Virus record (IMG/VR): IMGVR_UViG_3300048502_000089
Location: 24,279 to 88,278 of that record
DNA length: 64,000 nucleotides
DNA from: a virus
Taxonomy: Duplodnaviria > Caudoviricetes
Direction: 5' to 3' (one strand)
Part shown: piece by piece, positions 48,413 through 57,701 of the stretch
Layout: every line of letters begins with the position of its first letter
Position numbering within the stretch: the stretch's first letter is position 1
Program-made: the position numbers and the translations under genes
The notes under the pieces: generated by a model
Database searches by the model: none
Seen by the model: only the letters and a program-made list of their open reading frames with translations
What the model was told of the DNA's origin: nothing

Positions 48413-49057
48413 CTATCCGTACGAGAGAGTAGTGATTGTGTAGGTGAGCTCCATCGCTTGCACGAGGAACTTTGGGCCTGTGTTGGAATCAGTTGCCTTA
48501 CGCACAAATGGGAGGCTCGCCACTGACCTTGGAGGCCGCGATGTCCCCATCTGTGTATTACCAAAGGATCGATCTTGGACGATACAACCGCGAACGGCGG
48601 CTGCCATCCTGTGAAGCTGCCGATCAATCTCTTCTGAATCAGCTTGATTAGCAACAGGATCCTTATACGGGCCTGTCGAGACCCACACCTCCACGATAAG
48701 TGTGAGGTCGTTCGAGTCGTACTGATCAAGTTGGTTGCGATCTTCTGTCGGCGCTGTGTTCAGACAGCGGACAGTGATTGCTGGGAGCGCGTCCTGGGGC
48801 GCATCCTGCAATGACAGGCGATGTCCGAGATACACATTGGACGGAAGCACGGGCTTGATCGTTGTGCTGATGGCTGGGCGCCCTGTAGCCGCAGCGAAGT
48901 CTTGATCGCGCGGCGCCCAGACTGTCTCTTGCAAAGTGATCTGCGCCGGCAGCTCGTTGATGATTTGTACAGCCACCGCGCGCTGAACAAGTTCGCTCGA
49001 GTCATCGAACCCAATTGCTGGGCGATCAAGATCACGCCATACCTGAGACATGCTCAT
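48413..49057 (-). CDS. Probable tail terminator
   Basis: LPAITV, LTLIVEVWV, position upstream of the tail tube. Start moved to ATG 49057. Confidence 0.6.
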   Translation of the reverse strand: MSMSQVWRDLDRPAIGFDDSSELVQRAVAVQIINELPAQITLQETVWAPRDQDFAAATGRPAISTTIKPVLPSNVYLGHRLSLQDAPQDALPAITVRCLNTAPTEDRNQLDQYDSNDLTLIVEVWVSTGPYKDPVANQADSEEIDRQLHRMAAAVRGCIVQDRSFGNTQMGTSRPPRSVASLPFVRKATDSNTGPKFLVQAMELTYTITTLSYG

Positions 49058-49962
49058 GGGAACAACAACCCATCCCAATGCGGGCCACCAAGACGGGGCT
49101 CCGGTGTGAGTGCAGGATTAGGCGTGCGTTGACGCACATGCTCGAGCGAAGACATTGGCACAGCCATCGCCTTAGCAACAGGAAGAGCGTCCCCCAAGTA
49201 GTACCGGAGCTGCCGTAGATCATCTGGAAGTTCATGGCAGAGTCGAGCATGGAGCTGGTCGAGCGCTGCGATCTGATCTGGATAGCTCGAGATTTCCACT
49301 GGGCTTTGCGTCGTACGTGTCTTCCATTGACGCATCCAGTAATCCTTAGCTGGCGTGCAGAGGTGCTTCGCAGCCAACTTGCCGAGATAATCGATGAGCT
49401 GTGGATCGTATGCGACCTCTTCATCAGCGGTGACGATTTGCCCCATCGTCTCTCGCTTAGCCCGATCAGCAAACTTCTGCATGTAACGATCACCAAAATC
49501 TGAGTCGTACCTCAGAGCATTGAAGGTAACTGGCATGTACTGGCCGATAGCGTCTACAACTGCGCCTGTCGGAGTTCCAATACCAGGGCCATGATCAGAG
49601 ATCACCAACGGGAATTCTGGTGTCTCTTGGTATCCAGTGCTTGCAAGATCGATACCCCACCATCCCATGAATGGGCCTTCGATCGCTCTATCGTCTACAC
49701 CCCAGTCATATGCGATGTTGAAACCAGCATCGCCAATCGGTGGGTTCACTACACGAGCTGCTGCTGAACTGATTACAGCCGTCCGAGAAAGCAATGGCCG
49801 CATCCAGAAAACCACTGTCGCGTCGTCATAAGTAGATGGCATAGCAGTACCGTCATCCTGTACGACCACGTCGTACAGAGACGGCTGCTGGTCCCCGACC
49901 GCAACTACGATCGGGGACCGCGCATCCGATGTTACATCCGGCTTTCTACCGAGGATCGCCAT
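49054..49962 (-). CDS. Head-tail adaptor-like protein with an N-terminal beta-sandwich
   Basis: Position after the capsid gene. N-terminal GDQQPSL...ATVVFWMRP...IAYDW and a helical C-terminal half. Confidence 0.55.
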   Translation of the reverse strand: MAILGRKPDVTSDARSPIVVAVGDQQPSLYDVVVQDDGTAMPSTYDDATVVFWMRPLLSRTAVISSAAARVVNPPIGDAGFNIAYDWGVDDRAIEGPFMGWWGIDLASTGYQETPEFPLVISDHGPGIGTPTGAVVDAIGQYMPVTFNALRYDSDFGDRYMQKFADRAKRETMGQIVTADEEVAYDPQLIDYLGKLAAKHLCTPAKDYWMRQWKTRTTQSPVEISSYPDQIAALDQLHARLCHELPDDLRQLRYYLGDALPVAKAMAVPMSSLEHVRQRTPNPALTPEPRLGGPHWDGLLFP

Positions 49963-50558
49963 TACGCAACAGCAGCGACGCTCTCCTGTAGCGCATCACT
50001 AGGAGTCTCGTACGACTCGCGTTCATACTGGATGATTGCAGGACGCTTCTGATGAGCGGCCTCATAGTGAATGGCAGCCTGCACGTCAACCTCACTGAGA
50101 ACTGCCAGCTTTGCCAGCACCTCTCTGATCCCCAGGCTGTCGTAGCCTGTAAACGGTTCACGCTCGACTGGAGCTGTGAAGTCCGTGATCGACGTGCGAT
50201 TCATGCCGGCGCGCTCGTAGTTCTTGACTCGATCGATCTCGTCCTTGTTCGAGGAAGCACGCATACGCGCGATGATCTCCTCTGGGTGCAGACCAACATA
50301 GTCAGGCCACGGCGGTTCGACTACCAAACCCCCTTGATTACGAGCACCTTCAGCAGCAGTCGCCTTCACGCGATGATGCGTTGCTTCCTCCTCGGTGAGC
50401 GGTTCAAAAGCCGCACGGTAATGTGCAGTCCCTTTACCGATCTGCTCTTTGATGAATTCGCTGAGCTCCCAGTCGGAGACAACGGACCCTACGTTGTGCG
50501 TGAAGCTGTCATCGTTCATGTTCTTCGCGGTGACAGTCTTGAGGATTAGGTATGGCAT
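49962..50558 (-). CDS. Head-associated protein with two tandem helical modules
   Basis: PWPDYVGLHPEEII...NYERAGMNR and PFTGYDSLGIREVL...HYEAAHQKR. Confidence 0.6.
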   Translation of the reverse strand: MPYLILKTVTAKNMNDDSFTHNVGSVVSDWELSEFIKEQIGKGTAHYRAAFEPLTEEEATHHRVKATAAEGARNQGGLVVEPPWPDYVGLHPEEIIARMRASSNKDEIDRVKNYERAGMNRTSITDFTAPVEREPFTGYDSLGIREVLAKLAVLSEVDVQAAIHYEAAHQKRPAIIQYERESYETPSDALQESVAAVA

Positions 50559-50585
50559 GATGGGCTATCAGCTCCTATCAGTGGA

Positions 50586-51818
50586 TTAGCCGGTGAATAC
50601 TGTTGCAGTGAGGAACGCCTCCGGGCGGCGCAGGCGCACGAAGCGCGCTGATGCCTGACGGAAGAAGTACGTGTGGTGGTCGAGGATGATCTCCGACTGC
50701 ATCCCCTGCAACCAATCGAGGCGCTGGAAGTCCTGTCGGACTGCCACCATCCCGTCGCAAGTATCAGCAATCGGCTCACCTTCAAACACGTACGGAGCGG
50801 TGACGAGAATCTGACCATCAGCCAGGTACTTCGTCATCGCCGTCTGGCCACGGTTGTAACCAGCCGTGACATCGCGGTAGCCGGCGTCCGTGACGATGAT
50901 CGTAGGCGACTCAGCGATCCGACCACCTTGCGAGTCCGAGGGCGTAGAACCGAGGAGAAGTCCCTCAATATCAGCCGCCTTGGGGAGCATGGTGTTGCGG
51001 TCGTTCGGTGAGAGGTAGCCACGAGCCTGATTCGACCTCTGCAGCGTCTTCCACGTATTCGTGTTCATGTGGAAGCGAGAACCGTAGAAGCCAAGATCGT
51101 TGGCGATGACCTCCTGCCAGGAAATCATGTCATCAATCGGCGTCGAGTTTGCACGGTCAGTCCACGGCACCGCGGCGGTCGGACTATGACCAGCGTAGTA
51201 GTTGTAGGTGATCGTGATCTGCTGCCCGCTGTGCGGGTACTGCACTACAACGTTCTGGCCTGTGAAAGCCAACCAACGCATCAGCTCCGTACGGTTCTCA
51301 TTACGAAGCTGGAGGATGGTCGCTGCAGTGATGAGATCAACGCCCGCGCGAGCGCGGATGTCAGGGTTGCGAGAAGTCAGACGAAGCTGCAGATCCTCAT
51401 CAATCCGCTGCATTTCGTCAATGAGCAAGAGCTCGACGACTTCCTGCGTGTAGCGGGCCTGTGGGGTGTAGATAGCAGGCGTGGCATCTGGCGCGCGGAA
51501 CTGAGCGACACCGAACGATGCGACTTCAGCGATCTCACGCTCGATCGTACGGTCATAAACCGAAACGTTCGGAGCGATCTGATCACCAATGGCTGGAATT
51601 GTCTCCCACATTGTCTGAAGGCGACGCCGCACGAGATCCGTGAAACCCGCCTGCTCAAAGATGTCGAAGACGTTGAGACCACCAGTGCCTCCACCGCCAC
51701 CTTCTGACCCCATGAAGGGTCGGTACTGCTCGACGAGCCACTCATGGAAGCTCGCGTCGTCGCGTGGCCTGCGGCTCACGAGTTCACTCATGGCTGTTGA
51801 CTCCTTGCTCATGGTCAT
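50586..51818 (-). CDS. Major capsid protein (lambda gpE-like family)
   Basis: QFRAPDATP, LRNENRTELMRWLAFTG, WTDRANSTPIDDM. The real start is probably ATG 51818 or 51791, not 52052. Confidence 0.85.
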   Translation of the reverse strand: MTMSKESTAMSELVSRRPRDDASFHEWLVEQYRPFMGSEGGGGGTGGLNVFDIFEQAGFTDLVRRRLQTMWETIPAIGDQIAPNVSVYDRTIEREIAEVASFGVAQFRAPDATPAIYTPQARYTQEVVELLLIDEMQRIDEDLQLRLTSRNPDIRARAGVDLITAATILQLRNENRTELMRWLAFTGQNVVVQYPHSGQQITITYNYYAGHSPTAAVPWTDRANSTPIDDMISWQEVIANDLGFYGSRFHMNTNTWKTLQRSNQARGYLSPNDRNTMLPKAADIEGLLLGSTPSDSQGGRIAESPTIIVTDAGYRDVTAGYNRGQTAMTKYLADGQILVTAPYVFEGEPIADTCDGMVAVRQDFQRLDWLQGMQSEIILDHHTYFFRQASARFVRLRRPEAFLTATVFTG

Positions 51819-51828
51819 CAGTCCCCTC

Positions 51829-52551
51829 TTATGCTCCGACGAACTGGCAGAGCGGGAGAGCCTGAATTGCGAGCTCACCATACTCACCCCAGTTCTGGAG
51901 GAGGGAGGTGTCGAAGACCGTGTAGCTGTTGTGGATGGCAATCGGCTCGTCATCCTGCTGGGCGGTATTGCCAAAGAAGTCCTTATCCGGGCCAGCGTAG
52001 ATCCCGTAAATGGCTTCTCCGGTCGAGCCGGGCGTGCTGCGGGTGACTGCAACTGCCGGCGTCGTGCCGCCAGTAAGCGATGAAGTCGCTGTCATCGCCA
52101 CCTGAGCCTCGTTGCCGAGCTCGTTGGTGAACGTAACGACAACAGCCGAACCTGGGAGGGCACCGCCAGTGGCAGTCATGTTCCCCTGGCCAATGCTAGT
52201 CAGCAGCTCGAGCGCAGCAAGCACCTGAGCAGCAGTAGCGTTGTACGCAATCGCTGCAGTGGTCTGACCACCAAAGGTCAGTGTGAACGTGCCACCAGTC
52301 GGGCCACCTGTGATGGTGACGGTCTGCTGCTCGTTGGTGTTGGTTCCAAGCCCAGCGTACGCCTTGACCTTCGTTGGATCAGTCGTCGACTTGGTCACGA
52401 TCGTACCGCTCGGCAGGATGTACAAACCAGAGCTGTTTGCTGACAGCGTACTGGCGTCAAACACAGCGTTGTACACCATCGCAATCCCCGTGAACCCGAG
52501 GATTGGGGTGCTGCGGGAGATAACCCGCTGGCGTGTGGCGATGAATGGCAT
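51829..52551 (-). CDS. Capsid decoration protein with a ~100-aa inserted module
   Basis: Between scaffold and major capsid. LPSGTIVTK...KVKAY and AIYGIY flank the insertion. Confidence 0.75.
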   Translation of the reverse strand: MPFIATRQRVISRSTPILGFTGIAMVYNAVFDASTLSANSSGLYILPSGTIVTKSTTDPTKVKAYAGLGTNTNEQQTVTITGGPTGGTFTLTFGGQTTAAIAYNATAAQVLAALELLTSIGQGNMTATGGALPGSAVVVTFTNELGNEAQVAMTATSSLTGGTTPAVAVTRSTPGSTGEAIYGIYAGPDKDFFGNTAQQDDEPIAIHNSYTVFDTSLLQNWGEYGELAIQALPLCQFVGA

Positions 52552-52562
52552 TTGGGTTTCTC

Positions 52563-53126
52563 CTACTTAGCGGGAGCGGTCGTGGGCTTCTTGCCGAAAT
52601 CAGCCTCGAGCTTCGTGGTCAAGGTCGGATCATCCTTGGCCCACTTTGAGAGAAGAGCGTCGCCGGCTGCTTCACCAACAAGTGGCTCCTCATTCTCAGC
52701 GTTCGGGGTGGTCTCTGGCGGACGAGCTGTAATCGGTGAGGTGAGAAGATTCCCCTGTCCAGCAAGAGAATTCTTGCCGGTCTCAGGATCATCCAGCAGC
52801 AACGCTTCAATCAGACGGTCAGCGAGCTGCGTAGCAGTCTGTTCAACTGGCTTTGGAACGCCACCGTTCTCTGAGAGATTCAGAACAGCAGCCGGTGAGC
52901 CATCATCAGCAAGTGCGATGGTCTCATAAGCGGCGCAGAACCCAGGAGTGAATCCCTTGGCCTGCAGATCCCTGACTCGGTTTGCAACCGACTCCTTGCG
53001 CTGTCCTGCGGTCGCCTCAGCAAGCTGAGTAGCAAGACGTGCATTGTCATCTGCGATTCGCTGAAAAACGGCCCTCTGGTCATCGGAGAGCTCGAGCCGC
53101 TCCAGCGATTCCTGTACGGTGGGCAT
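52563..53126 (-). CDS. Nested in-frame scaffold protein
   Basis: AAGGAGGGG-CTCAG-ATG internal start giving a 187-aa helical product. Confidence 0.65.
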   Translation of the reverse strand: MPTVQESLERLELSDDQRAVFQRIADDNARLATQLAEATAGQRKESVANRVRDLQAKGFTPGFCAAYETIALADDGSPAAVLNLSENGGVPKPVEQTATQLADRLIEALLLDDPETGKNSLAGQGNLLTSPITARPPETTPNAENEEPLVGEAAGDALLSKWAKDDPTLTTKLEADFGKKPTTAPAK

Positions 53127-54860
53127 CTGAGCCCCTCCTTGCTGGTTGTTCGTGCGCTCCGAAAAGAGCGCAGTTGGAATTGGAAGTCCTTGTGGACCTA
53201 GAATCGCGCCAAGTTCATCACGATCCTGAGCCGCATCTTCATCAGTCACCCATTCTTTCTGTACCGGCGTCCATTCAGCAAACACCGCTAGAGTGACTTT
53301 CCCGTCATCGCTGCAATTGAAAGGAACCACCCAAGCGTCATCGACGCCATCTGGGTCTCCGTATTCAATGTTCACAAGTGCTTTGTTCGAGGTGATGTCC
53401 ATCACGTAGTAATAAGGCGGTCCACCCGGCTCACCCATACTACGAAATTCAGAAAGCTGAGCTGCGATCTGATCACGGATGTCATTCAGAGAAGGCTCGC
53501 CCGCACCCCACTGAACATCAGCGAGAAGTTCACGCTTACGTTCTCCCTCACTCATCTTGGTCGAAACCGCAGCGAGCTTGACGAGATTGATCGGAGGCTG
53601 CTCCTTCAGCGGGCCACGATAGAGCGCGATGAGTTTCTTAGCCGCGGCACGCTTCTGCTCAGTTGTGACATCACCCAAAGCAGAAATACGGCCGGCAGCC
53701 GAATGAACAGCATTCCGGTTGAGAGTTCCATCCGGCTCACGGACTGGAAGTGAGCAACGCTCCTTAGCTGGCTTAGTGCCTCCACGATCAACAAGACACG
53801 AGCGCTCGTACTGTTGATCAGTGAAGTTTCCTGCTGAGCCATCCCACGATCCATCGCTCACACTGTCGGCCAAATTCGTAACTGGCCCTTCTGAAAGCGT
53901 CATCGGAACAACACAGCGCTCAGAGAAATCAAGTTCTGAAAGGTCGCCGTACGCTGCCATCCCGCGGACCCACGGTTTGTTGGTGAGGGCAACGTGCTCG
54001 ACCACCTGATCGAATTGCTGTCCGCTGACAGTATCGACATAGTCGTGGAGGATCCCACACGAGCGATTAGCGACTGTGCCTCGCTGCAGCTTTCCTTGGA
54101 CTTCAGGTTCGGTGATCTTATGCGCGCCCATCAGAACACGCTCACCTGGGCGAGTCGTCGAGTCGACGATCTTCATGTCAACAATGAACCCAGTGTTGTC
54201 GAGCACACCGTTGTCATGAGTCGTCGGAATCGTCACATGCTGCACGGCACCAGCCTTGAAATTGGTAAGAAGGTTCTCGAGCCCAATCTCCTTGTGCGTG
54301 TCAGACGATCTCCCAGGGACAATCACCAATGGCTCGCGTAGTTTCTCGCCATATGGACCGGGACGGGTGGCAAGCGTGCCCGAACGCAAGATCGGCGCCC
54401 AGATAATCCCATCCCCATCAGCGAGTTCAATCGGCTCACCAAGACCATCACGGACGAAAATCTCAAGAGTCAGATCATCATCCGCTCCGAGCTCGAGTGG
54501 ATCCTCAGATAGCGACGTGACATCAAGCGCGCCTGCTCGAGCTGCTGACCAAGCTGCTCCTGGGGCGCCACCCCACAGCATGTCCTGAGTTCCTGCGACC
54601 GAATTGTCCACGCTGCAGTCGTACTCATGCGCTGCGTGGTATTCAGCCATTGCAGTTACATGCCCATCATTGAGCTGTTGGCCGGCTGCGATCTTTCGAC
54701 CTGCAGCAACCGCCTCTGGCGGAACATCATGGCCGCTCTCTTTCATCTGCGCGATACCGCGCTTGGCCATTGCGACCATACCCTTGGTCGGTGTATGAGT
54801 CCCTGCCGCGAGTTCCAGCTTGTTGCGTTCAATCTCGCCGGTGATAGTGATTCCTGGCAT
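52563..54860 (-). CDS. Multidomain prohead protease/scaffold (Mu gpI-like protease core)
   Basis: IPTTHDN...NTGFI, NRSCGI...GQQFDQVVEHVALTNKPWVRGM, coiled-coil C-terminus. Confidence 0.8.
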   Translation of the reverse strand: MPGITITGEIERNKLELAAGTHTPTKGMVAMAKRGIAQMKESGHDVPPEAVAAGRKIAAGQQLNDGHVTAMAEYHAAHEYDCSVDNSVAGTQDMLWGGAPGAAWSAARAGALDVTSLSEDPLELGADDDLTLEIFVRDGLGEPIELADGDGIIWAPILRSGTLATRPGPYGEKLREPLVIVPGRSSDTHKEIGLENLLTNFKAGAVQHVTIPTTHDNGVLDNTGFIVDMKIVDSTTRPGERVLMGAHKITEPEVQGKLQRGTVANRSCGILHDYVDTVSGQQFDQVVEHVALTNKPWVRGMAAYGDLSELDFSERCVVPMTLSEGPVTNLADSVSDGSWDGSAGNFTDQQYERSCLVDRGGTKPAKERCSLPVREPDGTLNRNAVHSAAGRISALGDVTTEQKRAAAKKLIALYRGPLKEQPPINLVKLAAVSTKMSEGERKRELLADVQWGAGEPSLNDIRDQIAAQLSEFRSMGEPGGPPYYYVMDITSNKALVNIEYGDPDGVDDAWVVPFNCSDDGKVTLAVFAEWTPVQKEWVTDEDAAQDRDELGAILGPQGLPIPTALFSERTNNQQGGAQMPTVQESLERLELSDDQRAVFQRIADDNARLATQLAEATAGQRKESVANRVRDLQAKGFTPGFCAAYETIALADDGSPAAVLNLSENGGVPKPVEQTATQLADRLIEALLLDDPETGKNSLAGQGNLLTSPITARPPETTPNAENEEPLVGEAAGDALLSKWAKDDPTLTTKLEADFGKKPTTAPAK

Positions 54861-55420
54861 TACACGGCCTCCGCAATCGTGGGCGGCTCGTCTAGACCGA
54901 GCAGCACGCGGTAGACATCACAATGTTCGTCAAGTTTGGCGATGATCCCCCACGCAGCCAAAACTGGCTCAGTGTGATCAGTTACACCAAACTCAGCGTC
55001 GAGTTCGTCGAGAAGACTGATTGAGCGCTGCTCAGAGAGATGACGATGGCCACCCCATGCCGGCGCTGCGCCGCGGTCAGCTTCTCCGATCGCTACTCCG
55101 GGTGCTCCGGTGTCAGGCACCTTTGAGTGTCCACCATGCCCGTGACGCCAATAGGTGGTTTGACGGATCGTGTCTTTCAGGACGCCACAGAGAGCCTCTG
55201 TCTTCCCAGGCCCGAACCGCTTGAGATTGTCTTTGAAACAATCGCGCCAAGGCGTTGGACTCTTCGCGTAGTGCTTGAGTAGGAAGCGCAAGTAACCCAT
55301 CGACCGCGGGTTGGCGGTCACGGCTTGGTAGTTGGAGAGAAGCAGCTCGAGACGATTGTCGATCTCGGCTGCCAGCACGCGCTCGAGGCGCTCTTCGACT
55401 ACCTCTGGGCTAAGCGGCAT
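54860..55420 (-). CDS. Hypothetical protein upstream of the head genes
   Basis: TPWRDC...ALCGVLKD...TTYWR; coupled to the protease gene. Confidence 0.65.
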   Translation of the reverse strand: MPLSPEVVEERLERVLAAEIDNRLELLLSNYQAVTANPRSMGYLRFLLKHYAKSPTPWRDCFKDNLKRFGPGKTEALCGVLKDTIRQTTYWRHGHGGHSKVPDTGAPGVAIGEADRGAAPAWGGHRHLSEQRSISLLDELDAEFGVTDHTEPVLAAWGIIAKLDEHCDVYRVLLGLDEPPTIAEAV

Positions 55421-55667
55421 GATTCAAAAGCTCCTGTGTGGGTGGACCTGGCGAGAAGATGCACCGGCACCGCTCAGTCTTCCCGCTCAGCCGACGCACT
55501 GGCGCGCGACACTTGTAAATCACGTTGAGCTCCTGCTCATATGGCTCTGGGCGGTCGAAGGCAAAGTAAGCGAGGATGTCGTTCACAGTCCCACAACGCG
55601 GGCACATGAGCTTGCCGCTGGGGGTAAACAGCGACTCTTGCTCACGGCGCATCGCGTCCGTTGACAT
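55410..55667 (-). CDS. Zinc-ribbon protein
   Basis: CPRCG, YKCRA, RCRCIFSP. Confidence 0.6.
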   Translation of the reverse strand: MSTDAMRREQESLFTPSGKLMCPRCGTVNDILAYFAFDRPEPYEQELNVIYKCRAPVRRLSGKTERCRCIFSPGPPTQELLNHAA

Positions 55668-55721
55668 GACTAAGCAGCATGAAGCACGGATCGATCAACG
55701 AGCCAGTGGCCTCAAGGCCAG

Positions 55722-55745
55722 TTTGCAGAGATTGATCTCTGCTAA
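55722..55745. promoter_or_regulatory. Dyad motif (copy C) just upstream of the structural operon
   Basis: TTTGCAGAGATTGATCTCTGCTAA, overlapping the LuxR-type gene stop. Confidence 0.65.
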
Positions 55746-55990
55746 CGAATGAGGGTACTTGCGACCACAAAAGTCGCAGTATTTACATCAAATACTATGA
55801 GCTCGAGACTAACAGCAATAGCCACAGCTTGGGTGGTAGTACGCGCTCCCAAGCGCTCTCGAACTTTCTCCAGCGCAGCCTGAACAGTGCTCTGAGTAAC
55901 AAAGCATCGCTCTGCTATTTCAGGTCTTTGAAGCCCTTGAGCACTGTAGGCCAAGAACTCAAGTTGCCTTTTTGTCAATAGAGGGGTCAA
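55742..55990 (-). CDS. LuxR/GerE-type HTH transcriptional regulator
   Basis: LTKRQLEFLAYSAQGLQRPEIAERCFVTQSTV...RERLGARTTTQAV. Confidence 0.9.
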   Translation of the reverse strand: MTPLLTKRQLEFLAYSAQGLQRPEIAERCFVTQSTVQAALEKVRERLGARTTTQAVAIAVSLELIVFDVNTATFVVASTLIR

Positions 55991-56409
55991 AGCGCCTGTA
56001 CTGCTAGTGTCGGGCCTCTACCCTCACCAAAACCAGACTCAATGTAATCATCGGCTGCTTCTCTAAGTTCTTTCAGCCGGCTAGATCGCACAAGCATCTT
56101 CATCGACGACAGATCCGGCGCGATCCAGTAGTACATCCACATAGCTGCCGCTGAATGCCCGAGGTGAGACTCAGAAACATGAGCTGTCTCCCACGCTTGT
56201 TTGATCTTGTCGCAGCAATCGAAAAGAACTGACTGAGGATCATCAAACACGAAGACATCACACGGCTCGCCGGTCATCAAGTTTTTCGCGCCGTCACCAT
56301 TGAGTGTGATCACGACATCCGCCGCTAAGACCCCATCCATCGCAGGTTGCCCACCAAGAAATGCCCAGTCATTGATGCTCTGGGCACCAATCCCAATCAC
56401 GATCTTCAT
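55987..56409 (-). CDS. Hypothetical protein
   Basis: 140-aa coupled ORF. Confidence 0.55.
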   Translation of the reverse strand: MKIVIGIGAQSINDWAFLGGQPAMDGVLAADVVITLNGDGAKNLMTGEPCDVFVFDDPQSVLFDCCDKIKQAWETAHVSESHLGHSAAAMWMYYWIAPDLSSMKMLVRSSRLKELREAADDYIESGFGEGRGPTLAVQAL

Positions 56410-56669
56410 CGACCCCTCGTTTTCTTCCTAGCATTCTTTTCAGATCGCCGTCTGCTACGGCGCTGAGCTCGAGCCTTAGCTTCTTCTCTAAGTCGCTGTT
56501 CATTCTCCATCGACTCTTGAAGAAGATCAAGGCAGCGCGCACAGATCGGGCGCGGGACTCCATTGTCCTGCTTGACCCAGTAATCAGCTAACGCATTCTC
56601 ACACGTTGAACACGACCTAAGAACAAGTGGATCCTTCTCAAAGAAGTTATCGATGCTCGGCTGTGTCAT
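56406..56669 (-). CDS. Zinc-finger protein with a basic tail
   Basis: CSTC...CARC followed by an Arg/Lys-rich coil. Confidence 0.55.
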   Translation of the reverse strand: MTQPSIDNFFEKDPLVLRSCSTCENALADYWVKQDNGVPRPICARCLDLLQESMENEQRLREEAKARAQRRSRRRSEKNARKKTRGR

Positions 56670-56699
56670 CTGGCACTTTCACCCGATAGGGCCACACGG

Positions 56700-57269
56700 C
56701 TAGGCGGCACGCCGGGCCTCCTCGTCGCGCAGATTGAACGGGACCAGCGGCGCGTCGGCACGCACGTAGAGCGGGTGGCGCGGGTGGCCGTCCTTCGTCA
56801 GCCCGAGACAGAACACCTCGCGGTCGTACAGCGGTCCAACGCGGATCACGGCCTCACGGCTGCCGTAGCGGCCACGGTTCGGCTTCGCGCCCCACGCTGC
56901 CACGATCACCGCTGGCGGACCCGCCTCGTCGAGCAGGATGTCCCACAGGTGATCCTCGTTCTCCGGGCCGATTGGCTCGGCCACGCGATCAAGCTCGGCC
57001 GGATCGGTCGCCCGGTAGCCGTAGAGGTTCCACACGAGCAGGCCGTCGTGGCCCCACGCTCGCGCGAAGCCCATGCAGCGCCGGATCGTCGGATCGTCAA
57101 CGCTGGCGTCCGCCGTCGATGGGTTGAGCATCACGAAAAGCGCGAAGCTGTCGTGCGGTCCCCAGTACCGCTCCAGCGTGTAGCGGTAGCGCCCGTCCGG
57201 TGACAGGATCGCGCCCTTCTGCACGTCGGGAGCACTGGTCCTTTGCCCCAATAACGTGGATCGAGTCAT
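56700..57269 (-). CDS. DUF1643 family protein
   Basis: YRYTLER.W, FVMLNPSTAD..DDPTIRRC, WNLYGYRATDP, AAWG, GHPRHPLY. Confidence 0.92.
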   Translation of the reverse strand: MTRSTLLGQRTSAPDVQKGAILSPDGRYRYTLERYWGPHDSFALFVMLNPSTADASVDDPTIRRCMGFARAWGHDGLLVWNLYGYRATDPAELDRVAEPIGPENEDHLWDILLDEAGPPAVIVAAWGAKPNRGRYGSREAVIRVGPLYDREVFCLGLTKDGHPRHPLYVRADAPLVPFNLRDEEARRAA

Positions 57270-57517
57270 CGTCCCATCCCAGCCAAATCGGTGTACTCCT
57301 GCGCAGCAGTCTCCAATAGCCGTGCGCCTTCTTCAACCGACGCGCCAAACTGCTCGCGCCCTATGACAGCGTGACGAAGAAGTCGCCCAGCGTGCTCAAC
57401 ACACAAGGTTCGTCCCTCCCGCTCCATAATACGGTCTATATAGGCAAGAACGTCTCTAGGCCGGCCCACGCTCACTGCCGGTCCTTCCACAACCGACGCA
57501 GCGACTTGCCAGCTCAT
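57266..57517 (-). CDS. Hypothetical protein
   Basis: Start moved to ATG 57517 (ATGA coupling). Confidence 0.5.
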   Translation of the reverse strand: MSWQVAASVVEGPAVSVGRPRDVLAYIDRIMEREGRTLCVEHAGRLLRHAVIGREQFGASVEEGARLLETAAQEYTDLAGMGR

Positions 57518-57612
57518 AGCTTCCCTTCGATACCGAGTGTCACAAGAACGCCAACCGCGAAAAACGCAAGCCATATCGGCCATCGAAGCCGCCACCACCA
57601 CGAACGGCTCAC
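57514..57612 (-). CDS. 32-aa membrane peptide
   Basis: MSRSWWWRLRWPIWLAFFAVGVLVTLGIEGKL, coupled at both ends. Confidence 0.5.
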   Translation of the reverse strand: MSRSWWWRLRWPIWLAFFAVGVLVTLGIEGKL

Positions 57613-57701
57613 TGCCGATGCCACCTTCGCGCGCCCTCAAGGATGGCGCGTAGACACCAGCCTCCGAGCACGCCAGCGAGGATCAGAACCACGTCAGTCA
57701 T
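57609..57701 (-). CDS. 30-aa membrane peptide
   Basis: MTDVVLILAGVLGGWCLRAILEGARRWHRQ, preceded by AAGGAGG. Confidence 0.55.
   Translation of the reverse strand: MTDVVLILAGVLGGWCLRAILEGARRWHRQ

Noticed and set aside
51819-52052. N-terminal extension of the capsid ORF in the track
   Set aside because: It overlaps the decoration gene in another frame; SD-preceded ATGs lie at 51818 and 51791.
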